Shown here one piece after another: positions 41,038 through 51,527 of a DNA stretch of 64,000 nucleotides. The notes beneath the pieces are model-generated. The model had not been told where the DNA came from. It saw only the letters and a program-made list of their open reading frames with translations, and searched no databases. Origin of the DNA: a candidate division FCPU426 bacterium (GTDB taxonomy: Bacteria > Oederibacteriota > Muellerivitia > Muellerivitales > Muellerivitaceae). The translations under genes were made by a program, and so were the position numbers. Numbering within the stretch: the first letter of the stretch is position 1; the number at the start of each line of letters is the position of its first letter. The DNA lies in NCBI GenBank assembly GCA_963830915.1, contig CAWHOE010000065.1, positions 1 to 64,000 of the forward strand. Reading direction: 5' to 3'.

Positions 41038-41210
41038 TAAATTTAATGGGCAGAAGTGAGTCCAGCTTGCGAAATCCTCAACAATTCTTTCCACTTTAAA
41101 AGTCCCCGCTACCTAAGTTTTAACTAGAAACAATTATCATTAAAACATTTTCATTGTGTTTATCCCACCCACTAGGTTTAACCTATAAACATCTTTTCAT
41201 AAGTTCCCCA

Positions 41211-41310
41211 GCCACTACTGGCATATAGGTTTGTCGCTACTGGTAGGTTGACCTTCCACTACCGGCATAAGGGGTAATTAACTACCGCCATCCCCTGCCA
41301 CTACCGGTAG
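41211..41310. promoter_or_regulatory. Array of CTACYGG motifs at ~22-bp spacing (putative operator)
   Basis: Motif starts at 41215, 41237, 41259, 41282 (degenerate) and 41301; the last copy is the perfect palindrome CTACCGGTAG. Confidence 0.5.
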
Positions 41311-41648
41311 CTCGAATGGGCCGGCTATGAGTTGCGGGAAGTAGAGCAATCGCAAAACATTAATCTTCACGTCACCAAGTAATGATGGGCGGTCGTTAAT
41401 TCCGCAACCCAATCGATTACTAGAGGTTCCGATAAACCAGATAAAGCGGTTAAACTCACGATGGTGACAAAACCATAACTTCCTGGCCCCGTTGTTAACG
41501 GAATGCTTATTCAGTGGTAAAATTAATCAAGTTTTCTTCCGTTCAATTGGCAAAGAATATGGTTGTTAATGGTTCAGTTAATACTTAAAGAATAAATTAG
41601 GCGTTTTAACAGTAGATATCGTTTCAAGAATATTCCATTAGGGTGGGT

Positions 41649-44423
41649 ATGCTTCCATTTCAAAATTCCAGGATCCCGTTTGTTTTAACAGCGGTTCTTT
41701 GGTTTTTATCAATCTTCCTTGCGGGTCAAAGCGCCTTCGCGCAAATCGATTACCTTTACGTCAAGGGCAACCAGATCACGACCTCTCCGACGGGCGGCTG
41801 TACTCTTCATTTAAAAGGCGTGGATATCGACGGGCTGGAATTCTCACCTTACGGTTATGGACCAGGGGGAAGTAGCGCCAACTGCGGAGGTTTTACCGGC
41901 AACAGCACCAACGGCTGTGGGGGTAATACCATGCAGGCGGTCCAGGAAGCGGTTACGGCCTGGCATGCTTCCATCATTCGTCTGCCCTTGAACCAGGATT
42001 TCTGGTTCGGCTGTTCCAACTCGATCACCCAAATCGCGGCTTCCCAATATCAGTCGGCGGTGTCGGCTATCGTCCGATACTGCGCCTCCCAAAATGTTTA
42101 TGTCATCATGGACTTGCACTGGTCCGGCACCTACGGCGGAACCACCGCCACGACCCCTTGTACCGGGGCGGGATGGGGAACCGCCACCGGGCAGGAAGCC
42201 ATGGCCGATGCTAACGCGGTCACCTTTTGGGGATCAGTGGCCGGCACACCCTGGGTGAAGAATAATCCGGCGGTCCTGTTCGACCTGTACAACGAACCGA
42301 CCAACGCTCTTTCGTGGTCCACCTGGGTGAACGGAGGCAATACCACTGGAACCCCTTCCTGGACTCCCGGCATGCAGGGGCTTTTGAACGCGGTGCGGGG
42401 AGCGGGAGCGGAAAATGTCTGCCTTTTGGGAGGATTGAGCTGGTGTTCTGACTTGACCGGTATCTTGGGCAACACCTTCTCTAATACGGGTAATGGATTG
42501 GTCTACTCAGCGCATCTTTATGGGCCTAATGACGGGACCACCCCCGCTAGTTGGAACGCGGATGTGCCTTCCAGCCTCCTGGCCGTGGCTCCGGTATTTG
42601 TTGGGGAGTTCGGCGGGGCGACGACCTGTGGAACGGACCCGGACAACCCCACTTTCGACAGCAATATGATCGGTACCAATGGGTGGGCCGTCACCACCAC
42701 TGGGGTGGTCGGGGCTACCGCTTGGTCTTTCACCGATGATTCCTGTCCCAACCAGTTCTCGAACTGGAGTTGGACCACAAATCCTTGGGGAACGGCTGTG
42801 TCCACCTGGCTGGCTTCACCCTATCCCACCTGCCCCTCGAACATCACCCTGACCCCGACGCCGAACGCTTCCTACACGGCCACACCCACTTTCTCGCCCA
42901 CCATAACGGTGACTCCTACCCCGACGACCAATCCGTGCGCCCAGGTTTATGAGGCCATCAACTGCGGGGGTCCACAGACCATCATCGCTGGCGTGACCTG
43001 GGTTGCGGACCAGGCCTATGCCACTGGAGGCTTCGGCTACGTGACCGCGGGCACGGTCGGGACATGGACGAATACCATCGCTAACTCGGGCGCCCAGCAG
43101 ATCCTCTATCAGAGTGAGCGGTATGCCTCCAACCTGGAATACAAGTTTACGGTCCCAAATGGGAATTATCAGGTAACCTTGAAAAACGTCGATTCATATT
43201 GCACAACCACGGGATGCCGGGTCTTTAGTGTCGCCATCAACGGTGTGACCATGCTAACGAACATGGACATTTACTCCCAAGTGGGGCAAAACGCCGTCGA
43301 CGACCATAGTTTCATGGTAAATGTTACCGGAGGATTGATCGATATCGTTGGGACCGCCACGGCGAACAACGCTGAATTCGCGGCCATTGAAATAACAAGT
43401 GAATCGGTGTGCACAGCCACCCCCACCCCGACCAACGCCTATACGTCCACCTTCACCCCAACGGCCACCCTGACTGCCACGAAAACGTCCACGGCGACCG
43501 CCTCACCATCTAACACCCCCACCAACACCGGAACATCGACGGCCACTCACACGCCAACGACGACCTTCACCCTGTCTTTCACGACGACTCCGACCTTGAC
43601 CGTCACAATGACCGGGACCATGACCCATACCCTTACCCCGACTTTGACCCTGAGCCCCACCAATAGCCCCGCACCCACCTCAACCGGCACGGCGACGAAT
43701 ACAAAAACCCCGCCCCCGCCGGCCTCTCCGACGCCCACGGCTTCCGTCACTTCAACTGGGACGGCCTCTTTCACAGCCACGGTTTCCCCAACATCGACAA
43801 GTTCGCTTACTCCTACCTATACCTTTACCCCAACCCTTAGCGCTACTATCACGGATACTTTTACGGCCACTTCTACCCAGACCTTCACCAATACACCTCC
43901 GCCCACCTCCACCTATACGGTCACATTCAGTCCGACCAAGTCCTTCACGCCGACAAATACGACGACAGCTTCGATGACGGCGACACCGTCCCTCACGGGG
44001 ACCGCCACAAGTTCCAAGACCCTCACACCAACACCTTTAAATACGGATACTTCAACGGCTACGCCGACCGCTACGAAAACCTTGACGCCAACCATCACCA
44101 TCCCATGGACACTTACGGCTACCCCCTCAGCAACCCCGATCTTGATCCCGACGCCGCTTGTGCTCTATCCCAATCCTTCCAATGGCCAGCCTGTGAGCGT
44201 GGTCTTGCCAGGTTTATCGTCCAATACACAGGTCAAATTGCTTGTGTTTACTTTGGCGTTCAGAAAAGTACAGGAAGAGACATTGACCGTATCAACTGGT
44301 TCATCCTTGGTGTGGTTCAAGCCGGTGGACAAGATGTATAAACCGCTGGCGAATGGCCTTTATTACGTGATCATGACGACGCCCGGCAAAAGGTATATGC
44401 TCAAATTGCTTATCCTGCGGTAA
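41649..44423 (+). CDS. Secreted GH5 glycoside hydrolase + malectin-like domain + Thr/Pro linker + T9SS-like CTD
   Basis: IRLP, MDLHW, DLYNEP, VFVGEFG (both catalytic Glu); AINCGG..LYQSERY..PNGNYQV..RVFSV malectin; YPNP...GLYYV...KLLILR. Confidence 0.88.
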   Translation: MLPFQNSRIPFVLTAVLWFLSIFLAGQSAFAQIDYLYVKGNQITTSPTGGCTLHLKGVDIDGLEFSPYGYGPGGSSANCGGFTGNSTNGCGGNTMQAVQEAVTAWHASIIRLPLNQDFWFGCSNSITQIAASQYQSAVSAIVRYCASQNVYVIMDLHWSGTYGGTTATTPCTGAGWGTATGQEAMADANAVTFWGSVAGTPWVKNNPAVLFDLYNEPTNALSWSTWVNGGNTTGTPSWTPGMQGLLNAVRGAGAENVCLLGGLSWCSDLTGILGNTFSNTGNGLVYSAHLYGPNDGTTPASWNADVPSSLLAVAPVFVGEFGGATTCGTDPDNPTFDSNMIGTNGWAVTTTGVVGATAWSFTDDSCPNQFSNWSWTTNPWGTAVSTWLASPYPTCPSNITLTPTPNASYTATPTFSPTITVTPTPTTNPCAQVYEAINCGGPQTIIAGVTWVADQAYATGGFGYVTAGTVGTWTNTIANSGAQQILYQSERYASNLEYKFTVPNGNYQVTLKNVDSYCTTTGCRVFSVAINGVTMLTNMDIYSQVGQNAVDDHSFMVNVTGGLIDIVGTATANNAEFAAIEITSESVCTATPTPTNAYTSTFTPTATLTATKTSTATASPSNTPTNTGTSTATHTPTTTFTLSFTTTPTLTVTMTGTMTHTLTPTLTLSPTNSPAPTSTGTATNTKTPPPPASPTPTASVTSTGTASFTATVSPTSTSSLTPTYTFTPTLSATITDTFTATSTQTFTNTPPPTSTYTVTFSPTKSFTPTNTTTASMTATPSLTGTATSSKTLTPTPLNTDTSTATPTATKTLTPTITIPWTLTATPSATPILIPTPLVLYPNPSNGQPVSVVLPGLSSNTQVKLLVFTLAFRKVQEETLTVSTGSSLVWFKPVDKMYKPLANGLYYVIMTTPGKRYMLKLLILR

Positions 44424-44516
44424 AAGGGATGGGTGGATTCTTGACTGTCTTGCTCTTCCTAAAATTCCACTTTCTCAACCTTATCAGTGGCCATTCATCT
44501 AGGTTTCATGAGGGGG

Positions 44517-44924
44517 CTAGGGAAGTCCGACTGCCTTTTTCCATTCAGGGGTGGGATCGATTAAATGGCGGGTTTGCAGGTCGAAAAATCCGATTGTCAC
44601 ATCCAATTCGGCGGCCACCGTACTATCTCCCTTGATCATTTGCTGGTGATAGCGGCTAATTTTTCTCCTGGAGTCAACGAATTCAAAAGTGATGCCGATT
44701 TTTTCCTTTAAAGTGAGCTCGCGCCTGAACTTCATGCTCAATTCCAAAACGATGGGCCCTTTCTGGAATTCCTGGACTTGTTTCATACCATATCCATTGC
44801 GGGTGATAAAGTCCCAGCGGGCCTCCTCGAAAAGGACCAGGTAAACCGCGTTGTTCACATGGCCGAAACTGTTCAGATGGGATTCGAGGATCGAAACATC
44901 ATAAGTGGAAAGAGTGGAGGGCAT
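44517..44924 (-). CDS. 4HBT/YbgC-like acyl-CoA thioesterase
   Basis: FGHVNNAVYLVLFEEAR hot-dog fold motif. Confidence 0.85.
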   Translation of the reverse strand: MPSTLSTYDVSILESHLNSFGHVNNAVYLVLFEEARWDFITRNGYGMKQVQEFQKGPIVLELSMKFRRELTLKEKIGITFEFVDSRRKISRYHQQMIKGDSTVAAELDVTIGFFDLQTRHLIDPTPEWKKAVGLP

Positions 44925-45077
44925 GGTTTGTTCCTTTTAGGATGATTTTAACGATCAGCATTTGATAATGGGATAAAAATTAAACATGAAATGATCCCGT
45001 TCTTGTCTTCGACAGCTACCCCGGTATAAAATTCTTTGGTTGTTATTGGATGTTTTTATAAATTCAAAGGATATGAA

Positions 45078-45380
45078 ATGAAAAAAATCAATCGGCCGAT
45101 GGCGCTGGTTTTATTGATAGCGGTATTATCCTTTTGCGCGTCCCCGTTGTTCGCCGTGGGAAACACTCAAACGTCCCTGGATAGCGGCGCGCCGGAGCAT
45201 AAGGCGGTCACAAAGAAAAAGAAACGGGCCGCGAAAAAAAAGAAGGGGAAGCAAAGCTCGGACAAAGGGGGGAAGATAAAGGTCGATGATCCTCATTTCA
45301 CGGGGATGAACGACGTTTCGGACCAAACGGAAGTCTCCGAACAACCGGGCAACGCGGGCAAACCTAACAAAAAAAAATAA
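45078..45380 (+). CDS. Hypothetical secreted Lys-rich protein
   Basis: SD AAGGA, signal peptide, KKKKRAAKKKK tract. Confidence 0.6.
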   Translation: MKKINRPMALVLLIAVLSFCASPLFAVGNTQTSLDSGAPEHKAVTKKKKRAAKKKKGKQSSDKGGKIKVDDPHFTGMNDVSDQTEVSEQPGNAGKPNKKK

Positions 45381-45390
45381 ACAAAAGCGA

Positions 45391-45514
45391 TTGAACCACC
45401 AAGGGACCAAGACACCAAGAAAAGCAAATCCAAAAAAGGTTTTGTTTTACGTCTTTTTTTAAATCAATTTTGTATTTATTAGTTCTTGGTGCCCTTGGTG
45501 CCTTGGTGGTTCAA
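45391..45514. repeat. 124-bp inverted-repeat (MITE-like) element with CACCAAG subrepeats
   Basis: Left arm TTGAACCACCAAGGGACCAAGACACCAAGAA; reverse complement of right arm TTGAACCACCAAGGCACCAAGGGCACCAAGAA; AT-rich centre. Confidence 0.8.
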
Positions 45515-45544
45515 ATTGTTTTTTGCTTCTAAGGAGGAAGAACG

Positions 45545-46126
45545 ATGGTCATGACACCCTCAACAATGCTGGAACTGGGCACAACCGCCCCTGATTTTGA
45601 GTTATTGGAAGTCGTGTCGGGTAAACCCTTCAGCCTATCCTCCCTCAAAGGCAAAAAAGCCATCCTGGTCATGTTCATTTGTCGGCATTGCCCCTATGTC
45701 CTTCACGTCAAGGAAGAGATCGCGCGGTTGGGCAGGGAATATGTCCCGAAAGAGGTCGGGGTGGTGGCCATTTCCTCCAATGATAGTGTCAAATACCCTG
45801 ACGATTCGCCGGTCCATCTCAAGGAAATGGCCCAGGAACTGGGTTTTAACTTCCCCCTTTGCTTCGACGAGACCCAATTGGTGGCGAAGGCCTATAAGGC
45901 CGCCTGCACCCCGGAATTCTATCTTTTCGATCATGCTTTCAAGCTGGCCTATCGAGGCCAGCTGGATGGAAGCAGGCCTGGAAGCCAAATCCCAGTGACA
46001 GGGAATGACCTCAGGGAAGCGATAGAAGCGGTTTTATCCAATAAGCCCGTGTCCCAGTCCCAGAAACCCAGCGTTGGTTGTAATATCAAATGGAAACCTG
46101 GTAACGAGCCCGACTACTTCCGCTGA
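45545..46126 (+). CDS. Thioredoxin-fold AhpC/TSA family protein
   Basis: MFICRHCPYV, ISSND..YPDD, AACTPEF, YRGQLD, PSVGCNIKW; SD AAGGAGG. Confidence 0.92.
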   Translation: MVMTPSTMLELGTTAPDFELLEVVSGKPFSLSSLKGKKAILVMFICRHCPYVLHVKEEIARLGREYVPKEVGVVAISSNDSVKYPDDSPVHLKEMAQELGFNFPLCFDETQLVAKAYKAACTPEFYLFDHAFKLAYRGQLDGSRPGSQIPVTGNDLREAIEAVLSNKPVSQSQKPSVGCNIKWKPGNEPDYFR

Positions 46127-46340
46127 AGTATCCAAGACAGCCTGCCTGACAAACCCTGGCTTTTACCTTTATTTCCTCACCTGTGTCGCCTAAAATGAAT
46201 TAAATACTTAAGGTTTATCGAGAAGATAAAACGCTCGAGTTTTTGAAGGTTCGATGGAAATTTTTAGTTTTGAAATAACTAAAAACGGTCACGAATGTCG
46301 GTTTCAAAATAAATTCTCCAAACGAAAATTGGGGTAACTT

Positions 46341-49292
46341 TTGAACGTTCCTCACCAGCTAAAAAGCTTTCTGGACGATGTCCTTCTCCGCGCCATCGGC
46401 GATATCGGGGAAGGTGTTTTTGTATTGGAAGATCCCCGAGTCGTTTACGCCAATGAAGCCATCTGCGTCCTGACCGGCTACACTGAAAAAGAGATCATCG
46501 CCTTATCTTCCTTCCATACGCTCCTTCCAGAGAATCAAAGAAAATCCTTCCAAGAAAATGTTCAATCCCATATCAACGGGGAAAAGCAATCGGGCCGCTA
46601 TGAGATCAGCGTTAAACACAAAAAGGGCGGTTTGATCAGCCTGGAATTGTCAATGACCACCATCACGGGTTCGGGCGAGACCCAGATCATGTGCTTGGCC
46701 CGTGACCTAACGAATCAAAAAACCCTTTTGGAGACCGAAGAGCGTTTGAAGACGATCATCGTGAACGCGCCCTTGGTCCTTTTTTCGGTCGACCCCAATG
46801 GTATGTTCACCCTGTCCGAAGGCAACGGGTTGAAGGCCTTGAACCTGGAACCGGGACAGGTCGTCGGCCAGTCCGCGTTGGAACTCTATCGGGAATATCC
46901 CTCAATCGTGCAGGATCTCAGGAGGGCCTTGAAGGGGGAAAAGTTCTCCACATTATCGAAAGTCAATGATCGGTACTTCGAGACCCATTATTCACCGGCC
47001 AATGACATGGACGGAAAGCTTCAATCCGTCATCGGCATCGCCATCGACATCACCGAGCGGAAACACGCGGAAAAGGTGCTGGAACGAAGGATTGAGTTCG
47101 AGAAACTGATCACTTCCTTATCCTCGCATTTCATCAATTTACCTTTCGATAAGATCGATTCGGGCATCGCCAACGCCCTGGCTTCCATCGGTCAATTCAT
47201 CGGCGTCGACCGGATCAGCATCATCCCGCATAAGAACGGCAAAATGGGGAAGCCCATCCACCAATGGGCGGCTGAGGAGCGATCCATCACCCCATTGCCG
47301 ATGGGGGACCTCAACCTCGCCGAATTCACCTGGTTCCAGGAAAAGATCAAAAGTCACGAGGTTCTTCACATTTCCTCCATCGAGGATCTTCCGGCCGAGG
47401 CCGTCAGGGAAAGGAACTTCCTACAGCAGCGTGACGTCCGGTCGATCGTCTTGGTCCCCATGATCACCGCTGACAAGTTCAACGGATTGATCTCCTTCAG
47501 CACCGTGGAAACGCCTAAAGTATGGACCGAAGGGGAGTTGGCCCTCTTCAAGATCATCGGGGAGATGTTATCCAGCGCCCTGGAACGTAAACGGAGCGAA
47601 CAAGCCCTGAGGGGCAGTGAGGAAAAATTCCGCGAACTCTTCAACAACGCCAATGACGCCATTTTCCTGTACGGGATCTCGGATGATGGGGTGCCGGGAA
47701 AATTCCTGGAAGTGAACGACGTGGCCTGTTCCAAGATGGACTATTCCCGGGACGAACTGCTCCAAATGACCCCTTACGACATCGCCTCCCAGGAAGACCT
47801 GAACGAGATGCCCAAGATATTCAAGAAACTGCTCCAACAGGAAAGGGTCACTTACGAAAAGACCCACCTGACCAAATCAGGGTCGAAACTACCCTTTGAG
47901 ATCAACGCCCATCTATTCCTTTGGAACGGCCAGAAGGTCGTCCAGGCCATTGCCAGGGACGTTTCGGACCGGAAAAGGGCTGAGGAGACCATCCGCCGGC
48001 AGTCCTTCTACGACATCCTGACCAACCTGCCCAATCGCACCCTTTTCAAGGACCGCCTGGATCAGGCCATGAAGAACGCCCGCAGGAATAAGCAGAACCT
48101 CTGTGTCATCATCCTGGACCTGGACCGGTTCAAGAACATCAACGAAACCCTGGGCCACGTGGTCGGGGACAAGCTCCTGGTCGCCGTGGCCGAAAGATTG
48201 TTGGGGGTCCTGAACGAGAACGAGACCATCGCCCGCTTCGGCGGGGACGAATTTACCCTGCTCCTGCCCCAGGTAACCATGGTCGAAGAGGCCACCCAAC
48301 ACGCCCAAAAGATCATCGAACTCCTGGCGACGCCCTTCAAATTGAACGGGCATGAACTGCACGTGACCACCAGTATCGGCATGGCCTTTTACCCCGAGGA
48401 CGGGGAAAACCCCGAGATCCTGCTAAAGAACGCAGAAACAGCCATGTACCGGGCCAAGGAGCAGGGGAGGAACAACTTCCAGCTCTATGCCTCCGTCATG
48501 AACGTGAGCGCCTTCAAGCAGTTGCTCATGGAAAACAGCCTGAGACGGGCTTTGGAAAAAGAGGAGTTCGTCGTTTATTACCAGCCCCAGATCGACCTGA
48601 AGACCAGGCAGATCGTGGGGGCGGAAGCCCTGGTGCGTTGGCAGCATCCCGACCTCGGTTTGGTTTTCCCGACGGAATTCATCGGCTTGGCGGAAGAGAC
48701 GGGATTGATCGTGCCCATCGGGGAATGGGTCATGCGAAGGGTTTGCACGCAAAGCAAGAAATGGCAGGAAGCGGGCCAGGATAAGGTCTGTATCGCGGTG
48801 AACCTTTCCGCCCGCCAGTTCCAACAACGCAACCTGGTCAACACCATATCCCAGATACTCCAGGAAACCGGTTTGGACGCCCAGTACTTAGGGCTGGAGA
48901 TCACCGAATCCATCGCCATGAAGAACGCCGATTTCACCATCGCCGCCTTGAACGAGTTCAAGAAGATGGGGATCCATCTATCCCTGGATGACTTCGGGAC
49001 CGGGTATTCCTCCTTGAGCTACTTGAAACGGTTCCCCTTGGAAACCCTCAAGATCGACCGGTCCTTTGTCCGGGACATCACCACCGACCCCAACGACGCG
49101 GCCATCGTCACCGCCGTCATTGCCCTGGCCCACAGCTTGAAATTAAGCGTCGTGGCCGAAGGGGTGGAGACGGAAGGGCAGTTGACCTTCTTGAAGACCC
49201 ACGACTGCGACCAGGTGCAGGGCTATTACTTCAGCCATCCGTTGTCCGAGGAGAATTTCCTGAAGATCCTCAAGGATTACCCGAGGCGCTAA
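46341..49292 (+). CDS. PAS-PAS-GAF-PAS-GGDEF-EAL diguanylate cyclase/phosphodiesterase
   Basis: LTNLPNR, DLDRFK, RFGGDEF, YQP, EALVRW, LEITE, DDFGTGYSS, AEGVE all intact. Confidence 0.93.
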   Translation: MNVPHQLKSFLDDVLLRAIGDIGEGVFVLEDPRVVYANEAICVLTGYTEKEIIALSSFHTLLPENQRKSFQENVQSHINGEKQSGRYEISVKHKKGGLISLELSMTTITGSGETQIMCLARDLTNQKTLLETEERLKTIIVNAPLVLFSVDPNGMFTLSEGNGLKALNLEPGQVVGQSALELYREYPSIVQDLRRALKGEKFSTLSKVNDRYFETHYSPANDMDGKLQSVIGIAIDITERKHAEKVLERRIEFEKLITSLSSHFINLPFDKIDSGIANALASIGQFIGVDRISIIPHKNGKMGKPIHQWAAEERSITPLPMGDLNLAEFTWFQEKIKSHEVLHISSIEDLPAEAVRERNFLQQRDVRSIVLVPMITADKFNGLISFSTVETPKVWTEGELALFKIIGEMLSSALERKRSEQALRGSEEKFRELFNNANDAIFLYGISDDGVPGKFLEVNDVACSKMDYSRDELLQMTPYDIASQEDLNEMPKIFKKLLQQERVTYEKTHLTKSGSKLPFEINAHLFLWNGQKVVQAIARDVSDRKRAEETIRRQSFYDILTNLPNRTLFKDRLDQAMKNARRNKQNLCVIILDLDRFKNINETLGHVVGDKLLVAVAERLLGVLNENETIARFGGDEFTLLLPQVTMVEEATQHAQKIIELLATPFKLNGHELHVTTSIGMAFYPEDGENPEILLKNAETAMYRAKEQGRNNFQLYASVMNVSAFKQLLMENSLRRALEKEEFVVYYQPQIDLKTRQIVGAEALVRWQHPDLGLVFPTEFIGLAEETGLIVPIGEWVMRRVCTQSKKWQEAGQDKVCIAVNLSARQFQQRNLVNTISQILQETGLDAQYLGLEITESIAMKNADFTIAALNEFKKMGIHLSLDDFGTGYSSLSYLKRFPLETLKIDRSFVRDITTDPNDAAIVTAVIALAHSLKLSVVAEGVETEGQLTFLKTHDCDQVQGYYFSHPLSEENFLKILKDYPRR

Positions 49293-49340
49293 GCCGTAAC
49301 CCTTTGTATTTACAATACCTACCACAATGAAAATTATTTT

Positions 49341-49370
49341 TTGTTCACGACGAGGACCCATCGTGGACAA
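49341..49370. repeat. Palindromic inter-gene site A
   Basis: TTGTTCACGAC GAGGACCC ATCGTGGACAA. Confidence 0.85.
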
Positions 49371-49395
49371 CCTTTTTCGGCATTAGAGAGGTTAA

Positions 49396-50013
49396 ATGGA
49401 AATTAATTACCCTGATATTACCTTTGAAGGGCCGGCCATATCCGATCAAAACTTTCTAAATGCCCTTCCGGAGGATTTAAAATCAATACTTAAAAAGAAG
49501 AATGGTTTTATTGCTTTTGGAGGCGGATTTCATTTAAGAGGGATTTGCGACGAGCCTACTTGGCATTCCTTAGAACTATTTTGGACCGGCAACCATTCCT
49601 TTTCAAAATTGTATTCTTCGGTTCAAAAAGACGACGTACCTTTTGGACAAGATTGTTTGGGTGATCAGTTCCTTTTAAGAAAGAACCAGGTATTACGTCT
49701 TAGGGGTGAATCGGGGGAAATTGTGAATATGAAAATGGATTTTTTAACTTTCTTGGAAGAAGCTCTATCAAATCCTTTAGAATTTTTAGAACTTTCACCT
49801 TTGAAGAAAATTCAAAACGAAGGAAAAAAACTAGAGCCAGGTCAATTAATAAATGTTTATCCTCCTTTTATTACTGCCGAGAGCCGTAAAGGCGTTTCTT
49901 TAAAGCCGATACCAACCCTCGAAAGAATTCTATTTCTTTCTAATTTTGCTAAACAAATTTCAAACATTTCTAATGGTACTCAAATCAAGTTCAATGTTGC
50001 CTCAAATGATTAG
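49396..50013 (+). CDS. SUKH/SMI1-like putative immunity protein (cassette 1)
   Basis: LPEDL...NG...VPFGQDCLGDQF pattern typical of the SUKH superfamily; SD GAGG. Confidence 0.6.
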   Translation: MEINYPDITFEGPAISDQNFLNALPEDLKSILKKKNGFIAFGGGFHLRGICDEPTWHSLELFWTGNHSFSKLYSSVQKDDVPFGQDCLGDQFLLRKNQVLRLRGESGEIVNMKMDFLTFLEEALSNPLEFLELSPLKKIQNEGKKLEPGQLINVYPPFITAESRKGVSLKPIPTLERILFLSNFAKQISNISNGTQIKFNVASND

Positions 50014-50029
50014 TTTAGGGGTTTAGAGG

Positions 50030-50059
50030 TTGTCCACAACGGGGACCCGTCGTGGATAC
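50030..50059. repeat. Palindromic inter-gene site B
   Basis: TTGTCCACAAC GGGGACCC GTCGTGGATAC. Confidence 0.85.
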
Positions 50060-50118
50060 TTAAAATTGATTGGATTAACGGAATTGAAAAGTTATCTCTA
50101 TTTGGGGGTTTTATAATT

Positions 50119-51282
50119 TTGAAATTCTCATTCCTTTTTTTATTCCTGATCGTGACACCGCTTTTTGGCGCGCCAGCCTATCCTTTCGTGGATCAAAACC
50201 AAATTACCGGCATCCGTGGCGAGGGGACAAAAGTTATTTTTGAAACCACCCATGGCGAAAAGATCTACGACACGGTTCAAAAGACTTGGGATTACAAAGT
50301 TTTTACCCCACCGGGCCCTTTTCCAGAAAAATACAATTCGTCTTCCAGAAACAAAGAAGATATTTGCCCTTCCCAATCGGACCAGGGCGTGACCACGATT
50401 TGGCACCTGAAACCAGTTGCCAACAGTCAAGAAACGGATGTTTTAACTTATGAATTGTCCAATTCGACAACCGGGAAAAAATATAACCTGCCGGTCGGCA
50501 GTTACCTTGATAAATTCATCATCTTCCGAAAGCATGCCTGGTTTTGGGATTTCGATATATCCAAAATATTGTGCCTAAACCTAAATTCCCGCGAAACAAC
50601 CTATTATGTGACCTGGCCCTTGTTCCCGATCCACTACGCTAAAGTGAATAAAATAATATATTTTTTAAACAGCGAAGGTTTATTTTTCCTGGACAACCAC
50701 AAAATCCTAAATACATCCTTCGGGCCGGGGCCAAAGGACGGGCGAGGGGATATTCTGGCGGTTGGAAATAAGCTTTATATATTGAGCGGCTCCTTAATCG
50801 TTTACGATACGGAAAAAGGTAAAGCAAGCCTTTATCCACTTCCGGTAAGGTTTGCGGACCATCTTTTGATAAAAGATGAAACCCTCACTGGATATGGGTG
50901 GCTCGTCGTTGACGACCGTGGGGACGGTGGCGAGGGCAATTTGGATAATTCAGGGGGCGCTTTCTCCTTTTCATTGAAAAATAGCGTGATGAAAAAATTG
51001 ACCGATTTGCCGATTTTCCATTTTGATATCAAAACGATGAAAGCAAAGTCTGTTCGATATGAAAACGAGGGCTACTATGAAACCGAAATTTCGTATTCAA
51101 ATCAAAAGAAAGAATTTTTAGTCAAGGGAGTAAAATTCTACTCCTTTTCGGAACCTTCTGGCGCGGAGTACCAGTGGAAATTGGCGAATGAGGAAAAGAA
51201 AGAGGCGGATCAAATCGCACAGGGAATTGCCGGTACTTTAGTGGAGTATCAAACCCAAGCTGAAATAGTGACCTTCAAATGA
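50119..51282 (+). CDS. Hypothetical secreted protein (cassette 2)
   Basis: 387-aa AT-rich ORF, TTG start, signal peptide, beta-rich. Confidence 0.65.
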   Translation: MKFSFLFLFLIVTPLFGAPAYPFVDQNQITGIRGEGTKVIFETTHGEKIYDTVQKTWDYKVFTPPGPFPEKYNSSSRNKEDICPSQSDQGVTTIWHLKPVANSQETDVLTYELSNSTTGKKYNLPVGSYLDKFIIFRKHAWFWDFDISKILCLNLNSRETTYYVTWPLFPIHYAKVNKIIYFLNSEGLFFLDNHKILNTSFGPGPKDGRGDILAVGNKLYILSGSLIVYDTEKGKASLYPLPVRFADHLLIKDETLTGYGWLVVDDRGDGGEGNLDNSGGAFSFSLKNSVMKKLTDLPIFHFDIKTMKAKSVRYENEGYYETEISYSNQKKEFLVKGVKFYSFSEPSGAEYQWKLANEEKKEADQIAQGIAGTLVEYQTQAEIVTFK

Positions 51283-51329
51283 ATATATCTCATTTGAAAT
51301 TAAGGAATATTGAAATCGGGCATTCGGGT

Positions 51330-51459
51330 CTGTCCATGACGGCCGTGCCCTAAAGTAGAGCCCGTTGGGCACACTTTAGGACATGCCCTGTATTTCCTTT
51401 CTGAGAAGAGCTTGCCCTGAAGGGTGCTCGCAGAGCTCTCCTTCAGGGTCTACTACAGG
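51330..51459. repeat. Site C left arm plus copy 1 of the ~119-bp double-hairpin element
   Basis: CTGTCCATGAC at 51330-51340; 51341-51459 matches 53529-53647 with 3 mismatches. Confidence 0.88.
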
Positions 51460-51527
51460 AGGAGGTTCAGTAAAAAATGCTTTTTCAACGATCCCACATG
51501 TGATTTAAGAAATTAATTGGAGGTAAT

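Noticed and set aside
50030..50038. TTGTCCACA as a DnaA box or oriC
   Set aside because: Only one arm matches the 9-mer; the arms come as inverted pairs at gene junctions, with no box cluster or dnaA nearby
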